Part shown: positions 57,503 to 64,000 of the stretch, piece by piece
Position numbering within the stretch: position 1 is the first letter of the stretch
Layout of the letters: the number at the start of each line of letters is the position of its first letter
Virus record (IMG/VR): IMGVR_UViG_3300037087_000181
Location: 1-64,000 of that record
Source: a virus
DNA: 64,000 nucleotides
Strand: one strand, 5' to 3'
Program-made: the position numbers and the translations under genes
Notes under the pieces: model-generated
The model's database searches: none
The model's input: only the letters and a program-made list of their open reading frames with translations
What the model was told of the DNA's origin: nothing

Positions 57503-57756
57503 AGATAATTTTATTTATATTATTTTCATTAGGAGTTTTTGCTCCACAGAGTGGTAGAGCGTGGATCATGTACCCTAATCCCGCTAAAGATCATGTAACA
57601 ATAGAGATGACAGATGGGGTAATGCCTAAGTATGTGAAATTCTATGATATAAATGGGAAAGTGGTTTTAAGGGTGGCAACAGAGGGAAGATTAATTATTA
57701 GAATAAATTTTCATCTCATGTCGGGTAGGTATATTGTAAATCTGGAGGATAACTAA
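57499..57756 (+). CDS. signal peptide plus stand-alone T9SS type-A sorting domain
   Basis: MYPNPAKDHVTIE..VKFYDINGKVV..SGRYIV. Confidence 0.75.
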   Translation: MKIILFILFSLGVFAPQSGRAWIMYPNPAKDHVTIEMTDGVMPKYVKFYDINGKVVLRVATEGRLIIRINFHLMSGRYIVNLEDN

Positions 57757-58349
57757 TGTCACGTCAAATTGATCTCATAGCTTCAAGCAATGGTGAACAC
57801 TACGTTTTATTTGGATTTAATGCCAATGAGTTAAGTTCCTTTAGTATAATGTTTTGGATCACACATTATGGTGTAAGAGCTTTGGATTGGGTACAGGCAT
57901 TAAGCCTCGGATTTTGTTCTTTTCTAGGTGGCGATATATGGGTTCATAATTCCACGGAAGTGCCAAGGAATAATTTATTCGGACAACAGAGAAATTCAGA
58001 GGTCGGAATAGTCGCTAATCAAAATGCAAATGAGATAAAGATTCTTGATGCTATCGGGATACATAGTGATGGGGCTTGGTCGGTGGATTCTATTACCATC
58101 CCAAAAACGCTTAATCAGCCCAATGGTATGTATAGCATGATCCCTAAAGAACGATTTAAGAAAAGAGAAGGCGTTTGGCAAGCAGAATTTTTGAGAAATA
58201 TGAAAACAACTTCAGGAGCGGCATTGGCAATAGAAGCCATTAAGGGAGAAGTCCTTCGTGGATATAGTGCATTTTTGGTGTTAAAGAATACGGATAATAC
58301 TGAGGTTAAGCTTTTTAAGGTTAATCTTGGAATGACCAAATCGAGGTAA
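57756..58349 (+). CDS. C-terminal part of muzzle/stabilisation protein
   Basis: FCSFLGGDIWVHNS..RNNLFG, FKKREGVWQAEFLR, GEVLRGY..VKLFKV. Confidence 0.7.
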   Translation: MSRQIDLIASSNGEHYVLFGFNANELSSFSIMFWITHYGVRALDWVQALSLGFCSFLGGDIWVHNSTEVPRNNLFGQQRNSEVGIVANQNANEIKILDAIGIHSDGAWSVDSITIPKTLNQPNGMYSMIPKERFKKREGVWQAEFLRNMKTTSGAALAIEAIKGEVLRGYSAFLVLKNTDNTEVKLFKVNLGMTKSR

Positions 58350-58385
58350 TGTGCAAAATGAGTAACTTTGTGACAATTTAATAAT

Positions 58386-59141
58386 ATGGCAGGAATAGGT
58401 GATATAGCAGGCAGTACAGTAGGCGGTGCGGGGGCTGGTGCTGCATTGGGCCCCATAGGGGCAGCAATAGGTGGTGGTCTTGGACTAATTAAGGGGATTT
58501 TTGGTGCGGTACAAACTGCCCAAGGTACAAGACAATTAAATTCCCTACTTAATAATAGACCACAATACCAGATATCGCAAGGCTATCAGGACGCATTTAA
58601 AACATATCAGAGCATGGCAAATTCTCAATTGCCGGGATATGACATAATGAAAGGTCAGATAGATCAAAGTGGTGCAAGGACACAAGCCAATCTTGAAAGA
58701 GGGGCAATGAGTTCCAATCAACTCATGAGTGGTGCATTAAGTTCTCAGGATAAAGAGTTAGATGCTATCAAGAATCTTGGGTTAATGTCGGCACAATATC
58801 GTCAACAGCAACAGCAGAATCTCGCAGGGGCGCAGCAAATGATGGGTGGTCAGCAAGATAAGGCGTTTGATTATAATGTTAATCAACCTTGGGAGATAAG
58901 GGCAAATATGGCAGCAGGGAAGGCTGGTGTGGGTCAACAGAATCTCTTTAGTGGGTTACAGGATATAGGATCATCTCTGCAAAATTTTGCGGGAACAAAT
59001 GCCTACATGAAGGTATTCCAAGGTATGCAAGGACAAGGTGGTGGACAATCATCGCAGGGAACTAATGCTTTTGGTATTCCTAATAATACTCCCATTGCTT
59101 CCGATCCGTTCTCTAATCATAATCCTTCAATAAGTATGTAA
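58386..59141 (+). CDS. putative ejection/cargo protein
   Basis: Gly/Ala-rich TM-like N-terminus, Q-rich coil. Confidence 0.65.
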   Translation: MAGIGDIAGSTVGGAGAGAALGPIGAAIGGGLGLIKGIFGAVQTAQGTRQLNSLLNNRPQYQISQGYQDAFKTYQSMANSQLPGYDIMKGQIDQSGARTQANLERGAMSSNQLMSGALSSQDKELDAIKNLGLMSAQYRQQQQQNLAGAQQMMGGQQDKAFDYNVNQPWEIRANMAAGKAGVGQQNLFSGLQDIGSSLQNFAGTNAYMKVFQGMQGQGGGQSSQGTNAFGIPNNTPIASDPFSNHNPSISM

Positions 59142-60499
59142 TGGAATTTAACAACTCATTTACGGGTAAAAATATAATAGCACCTCTCCCGTCAAGCGAG
59201 GGTTTACAGAGGTCACAGGAGAATATGGATAACATGATTCTTGGGGCTGAGAAATTAAAAACAGAAATTTATCAAAGAAACGCTGAACAGTTTCAGAAAG
59301 CATCTAATGTCCCTCCTGAATTTGTACTTGCCGATTCAGCACAGAAAACACAGATGGGCTTGATCAATGCATTTAATCAGAAATGGGGTAAGGCATTCCA
59401 ACAGTCAGGTGGTAATCTTTCGGATGAGCAGAAGATGCAGATGACAACAGACAAAAATGTTCTACTCATGCAACAGCAGCAGATGCAATCAAGCATGGTT
59501 AGGGCAATGAAAGATAGAGAAGATGTTCAGAAAGATGTACAGGGGAATTTAGACCATGAGGATTTTAACAATAGGTGGAATGATTACCTAAAAACAGGAA
59601 ATTATGATCAGTCTCCATTACTTCCTGCATCAATAAGTCCAAATGATTATTTCAATAAAGATGCTAATAAGTTTAAGGGCAATCCTGCTGATGTGACAAC
59701 GGTTGAAAATATTGGTGGTGTTCCTCAAAAGGTAACAAGAACTGCAAGTGGCACTGAAGCACAGGGCAGAACATGGGTACAGGACAGGCTTCATAATGAT
59801 GACAGATTTGCAAGGGGTGTTATTCAAGATTTTCAGAACCTAAAAAACACAAATCCTTCGTTATATAAGCAGTATCTTGACACGGATATCAATGGAACCG
59901 TATCACCAGATGGGGCAAGGGCATCTCAATCGGTAAATAGCAATCCTATTTTAAAATATGCTCAAGATAATTATTGGCAAAATGCATTAAAACTGGGTGA
60001 AAGTAAACCAGTAACGCTTAAAATGGGTAGTGCAACAAAGTTTGATTATAGTAAAGTAAATGCTACTAATAACCAAAACGGATTATATACACCACAGGAC
60101 GGTTTCGCTGCCAAAGACGCAACTGGGAAGGTATTTAACTTACCCTCTTATCAGGACTTAGGTCAGAAAAAGGTAGTCACCGTAGATCAGAATATTAAAC
60201 AGATATACACCAAAGATAAAAACGGGAACGAAACACTTGTTCCTTTTAATCAATCAGCAAAATTTGATATTACCGGGTATAGTAAAGACAAAGATCAGAT
60301 TCTTATAACTCTTGATAGCGGTACAACTGGCGATGGTGATTATAGTAAGGGAGATCAGCTTGTAGTACCAGCAGCAGATTTTGATGATGTGTTGAAAAAT
60401 AAATATGGAATCTTTAGGGGACAACAAACTACAACAGCCACTACAAACTCTATTTTAGAGAGAGCCAAGCAACTTAATTCAAAGCCATCTAAAAAATAA
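59141..60499 (+). CDS. putative ejection/cargo protein
   Basis: Position; Q/N-rich helical composition. Confidence 0.6.
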   Translation: MEFNNSFTGKNIIAPLPSSEGLQRSQENMDNMILGAEKLKTEIYQRNAEQFQKASNVPPEFVLADSAQKTQMGLINAFNQKWGKAFQQSGGNLSDEQKMQMTTDKNVLLMQQQQMQSSMVRAMKDREDVQKDVQGNLDHEDFNNRWNDYLKTGNYDQSPLLPASISPNDYFNKDANKFKGNPADVTTVENIGGVPQKVTRTASGTEAQGRTWVQDRLHNDDRFARGVIQDFQNLKNTNPSLYKQYLDTDINGTVSPDGARASQSVNSNPILKYAQDNYWQNALKLGESKPVTLKMGSATKFDYSKVNATNNQNGLYTPQDGFAAKDATGKVFNLPSYQDLGQKKVVTVDQNIKQIYTKDKNGNETLVPFNQSAKFDITGYSKDKDQILITLDSGTTGDGDYSKGDQLVVPAADFDDVLKNKYGIFRGQQTTTATTNSILERAKQLNSKPSKK

Positions 60500-60557
60500 T
60501 TTTAAAATATTTTAAGATAAATTTGCATAATTGGATTATGTGGTTTATCTTTGGTGA

Positions 60558-60770
60558 ATGGAATATTACGAAGATTTTGAAAAAATTATTGAGTGGACAA
60601 AACTTATGAATAAGATTAAAACTCAAATTTTGGATTTAGCATCTCCTAAAAATTGGATAGAAGATTATCCACACGAGAATGGAAATTATGTTAATAAGTG
60701 TATCCAATGTGGAGAGTTCTTTCTTGGGCATAAAAGAAGGGTGATTTGTAGAGAATGTCAAACATCGTAA
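60558..60770 (+). CDS. small Zn-finger moron protein
   Basis: ENGNY..CIQC..GHKRRVICREC; promoter at 60522-60553. Confidence 0.7.
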   Translation: MEYYEDFEKIIEWTKLMNKIKTQILDLASPKNWIEDYPHENGNYVNKCIQCGEFFLGHKRRVICRECQTS

Positions 60771-60799
60771 ATAGCACCTAATCAATAATAAAGACCATT

Positions 60800-61261
60800 A
60801 TGGACAAATCGGTATTAACTTTATTAAGAGAAAACGGGCATTACATTGTTGAAAATGACGTTTTTTCTGACAGGGAGGGGCGAAATTGGATATTGCATGG
60901 TATGTTGGGAAATAATAATTTCACGCTTTCTTGTTTAGATGATACCTTATGGACGGAAGTTACCTTAAAGGAATTAAGAGAAAAATACACATTCAAATGC
61001 GATGCACTTGTTATTTTAAATTCTCCCGAAATTCAAGGGAATCTTTCACGGGCTAATCCTATAAGGAATCTTCCAATATATATTGAACATCTAAAAGAAC
61101 CATCTATTGTGGCACAAATATTGGATGATTTAAAGGCTGAAATGCAGAAAGATTCTCCGTGGATAGAAGAAGAGGCAATAGATGATTTTTTAAAAACATA
61201 CGGAGATGGTTTTGTGAAATTTGCGGCACTTTATAATGGACATGACCCCGCAAAGAATTAG
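60800..61261 (+). CDS. hypothetical protein
   Basis: ORF. Confidence 0.7.
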   Translation: MDKSVLTLLRENGHYIVENDVFSDREGRNWILHGMLGNNNFTLSCLDDTLWTEVTLKELREKYTFKCDALVILNSPEIQGNLSRANPIRNLPIYIEHLKEPSIVAQILDDLKAEMQKDSPWIEEEAIDDFLKTYGDGFVKFAALYNGHDPAKN

Positions 61262-61299
61262 TGATATTAAAACGCTTTAAATAAAAAGACTTATCTTTG

Positions 61300-61700
61300 C
61301 ACCGGAAAATTAATCCTATGCGAGATAATTTGACACATAATCAAATAAAGATACTGGACTCCGTAGAGAGTTGTGTTGCGTTCTATTCGCATAGGATTCT
61401 ATCAACCAACTTGACACGGAGTTCTTATGACTTATTCTCTCCGATTGCTAATTTCATTTAGCAAAATCAAAGCAACGTAGTGGTTTATGGGATACCCAAT
61501 GCGAAAAGAAGCTGTGTGACAGCCTTGAATGAAAGACAATAGCATTGGGATGGAGTATAAAAGCGGTAGTCGTTGACAACAGGAGGGGAAACAAGTCCGC
61601 ACTGGATTAATAAGAAACAACAGTTAAGGGGTACTCTCTTAAACCACAGTCTTCGGAAGCACCAAGAGAAGGGCATCTCTACATTCAAGGGATTTCATTC
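61300..61700 (+). ncRNA. candidate structured RNA(s)
   Basis: Promoter 61292-99; several 8-12 bp complementary pairs including crossing ones. Confidence 0.5.
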
Positions 61701-61764
61701 TTCTTTTGTGCTATTTAAAGGTTTGCCAAAAGTGACTATCTTTGTAATCTATTAATAATCCTTC

Positions 61765-64000
61765 ATGGAAGATAAAACACAACAACTATTTAATCTTTTA
61801 AATGAGTCTAAGGATTTCAAGGGTGCATTCAAAACCCCTGAAGAGTTAACCGCTACACTTTCTGATGAAACTAAGGTTGGTGCGTTATATTCATTGCTTA
61901 ACGAGAGTGCTGATTTCAAAGGAGCATTTAATTCAATAGATGAGTTTAAAACATCATTTGATATAAAAAAAAAAGTTTCTTCACAAGATGCGCTCACTTC
62001 TGCTTCGGGCAAAGAGGAACTTCCTTTATTAGATCAGTTAGGGCAAAAGCCACAGGATTCCTTAACTCAACCATCACAGTCAACATCGGCTGAACCTGTT
62101 CAAAAAACAGAAGCGTTCACGTTCCCTGAACAAGCACCAATAATTGAACAACCAAGGGATGCCACTAATGTTAATATAGTACAAAGGACATCTTTGCCTA
62201 CACCTCCCGAAACAGTAATGCGCCAAGGTAGAGGTCTTAAACCAGAAAATTTAGGGGAATATATTAAAGCCTTTGGTGGAACTCTTAACAGAGCCTTTGA
62301 AGAAGTACCCAAACTTGCCGATTGGATTCAGTCGACTGCTAATGATGCTGTTCTACAAACTGTATATGGATTACCCGTGGCACAACAAGCACAGAAATTA
62401 AGAGCAGCAGGATTTGATTATTCTACTGCATTATCAACCGATCCAATGCAGCGTCCATTTGGCATGATAGCTGATCTTCTTGAGGGTTGGACAGACAAAA
62501 CCGTTGGGAAACTTGTATTACCACAAGGTAAGGAAAAGGGTGGTGTTATTGGTGACATAGCAACGGGTACGGCAAATGTATTACCCGATATTGCCTACGC
62601 ATCAGTCCTTGCAACAGCAATGCCAGAGGTATTGGCGTTAAAAGCCATAGAGATGGCAACAGGAATAAACCTTGCGAGCAACTTTGGATTTGAACAGGGA
62701 ATCAAAACTGCCGTAAGTAAATCTCAACAATTTGAAAATGGCGGTAATCTACAAAAGGTTCTTGCACCCGCAGTTGGGATGATAGAGGGTTATGCCCAAG
62801 GGTATTTCTTTGCGAATATGAGTACGAAAGGCAATGAGATAGGAAAGTCCATTGCCGATCAGGTTATGCCCAAAGTGACTACTGAAAGTCAGGCAATAAA
62901 CAAAGCCATAATCCAAACAGGGGGGGCTACTGTAAGTACAGCAGGCATGTTTGGTGGATGGGGAGTACTTGATGAGTATAGAAGAACTGGGCAAGTTTCA
63001 GAGGATACTTTCTTATCCAACGCAGGACAGGGAATGGTGTTTGGTACAAAAGACCCATTAAGAATGTTGCTTTCTAAAGGTGTGATGGCTTTTGTGGGCG
63101 CACCAAGACAGATGATTAATGATATAGCCAAGAGCGATATCCCCGCAGAAGAACACGCTAAAAACGCACATGAAAAGTTTGATGCCGTAGCCAATGGAAC
63201 ATCAGCCAATCCCGAATCAGACCTTGCATCAGGTAAATTATCAATAAACACAGCCATTTTAAAGGCTACTACAGAGCAGGTTTTAAATAATAAGGATGGG
63301 TTAATTTTAGCAGTAAAATCATCTACTTTTGAAACAAAAATTAAGGATGCTATTATTGATAAAATTAATGCTATTGATGCCGACAATGACACTAAAATAC
63401 AGGCTACAAAAGATATTACTGATAAAATCTCTAAGATTGATGATGCATTAAGTAATATAAGTGGTAATAATTCATGGGATGATGTCAGGAAAGAGGTTGA
63501 GTCAGCCCCGCTAAAGGAAAGAAAAGAAGAACTCAAACAGGACGCTAAAAAAGTCTACGGTATTGAGCCTAAAGAACAGCCAAAAGGGGAAGATGGAAAG
63601 GTTAAGGAAAAACCGAAGGCAGTACAGACAGAATCGTCACAGAAATTTTTAGATGACCTTGATAATTATAAGTTGGGTGACAAAACCTTCAAAAGTAAAG
63701 AAGACCTTACTAATTGGTTAGATAAAAACTACAATGAGAACGACAGGTTTAGTTCTGTCAACGAAGAAGGTTATCTTGAACCTAATACCATGAAAGTCTT
63801 TAACGAGTGGTATAAGGGTAATAAAGATAGGCTCGCTAAAGAAGAAATGGATCGCATAGATAAAGAAAACCAAATTAATACACAGGAGGGAACACAAAAT
63901 GCCAGTGAAAATAGAACATCAGATAGCCAACTCCCTGACCAAGGCACATCCGAATTGGAGCAAGGAAAAGGTAATGTCGACAATGTGGGCAACAATGAAC
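61765..64000 (+). CDS. giant virion cargo/ejection protein (partial, runs off right edge)
   Basis: Not in ORF track; open frame from MEDKTQQLFNLLNESK to window end; promoter 61737-44. Confidence 0.85.
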   Translation, partial: MEDKTQQLFNLLNESKDFKGAFKTPEELTATLSDETKVGALYSLLNESADFKGAFNSIDEFKTSFDIKKKVSSQDALTSASGKEELPLLDQLGQKPQDSLTQPSQSTSAEPVQKTEAFTFPEQAPIIEQPRDATNVNIVQRTSLPTPPETVMRQGRGLKPENLGEYIKAFGGTLNRAFEEVPKLADWIQSTANDAVLQTVYGLPVAQQAQKLRAAGFDYSTALSTDPMQRPFGMIADLLEGWTDKTVGKLVLPQGKEKGGVIGDIATGTANVLPDIAYASVLATAMPEVLALKAIEMATGINLASNFGFEQGIKTAVSKSQQFENGGNLQKVLAPAVGMIEGYAQGYFFANMSTKGNEIGKSIADQVMPKVTTESQAINKAIIQTGGATVSTAGMFGGWGVLDEYRRTGQVSEDTFLSNAGQGMVFGTKDPLRMLLSKGVMAFVGAPRQMINDIAKSDIPAEEHAKNAHEKFDAVANGTSANPESDLASGKLSINTAILKATTEQVLNNKDGLILAVKSSTFETKIKDAIIDKINAIDADNDTKIQATKDITDKISKIDDALSNISGNNSWDDVRKEVESAPLKERKEELKQDAKKVYGIEPKEQPKGEDGKVKEKPKAVQTESSQKFLDDLDNYKLGDKTFKSKEDLTNWLDKNYNENDRFSSVNEEGYLEPNTMKVFNEWYKGNKDRLAKEEMDRIDKENQINTQEGTQNASENRTSDSQLPDQGTSELEQGKGNVDNVGNNE

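Noticed and set aside
61445-61700. tmRNA or RNase P RNA
   Set aside because: No tRNA-like ends or tag ORF; the GAGGAAAGUCC core is not properly matched
62889-63536. 215-aa minus-strand ORF and other antisense ORFs in the track
   Set aside because: They lie opposite long, well-supported genes and have shadow-like composition
61765-64000. Virion RNA polymerase call for the giant ORF
   Set aside because: No DxDxD/DFDID catalytic motif in the visible part; the gene is truncated by the window

Overview
Gene-dense, AT-rich 64-kb segment of a large tailed dsDNA phage with a crAss-like/podoviral morphogenesis module, read in standard code 11. The structural order is TerL, portal, scaffold-like protein, major capsid protein, three ring proteins, P22-gp10-like muzzle, fibres and ejected cargo proteins. 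A Bacteroidota host is inferred from about 25 TAnnTTTG promoter boxes, many with TTTG exactly 20 bp upstream. Layout: small early-type genes (1-8 kb, minus); a glycosyltransferase/sugar-methyltransferase operon (8-17 kb, minus); replication and nucleotide genes, a tRNA-Met, an iteron-like origin and three more glycosyltransferases (17-26 kb); virion genes with inserted morons (26-64 kb, plus). Best candidates for new biology: (1) an apparently complete phage-encoded glycan assembly line including a ppGalNAc-T-like initiator, two fucosyltransferases and several sugar methyltransferases; (2) an 8.7-kb cassette that splits the muzzle gene and encodes fibre-like proteins with Sec/lipoprotein signal peptides plus a stand-alone T9SS sorting domain; (3) a covarying loop-antisense leader RNA in front of two unrelated HNH genes, and other structured RNA candidates. 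All family assignments are by eye from motifs; no database search was run.
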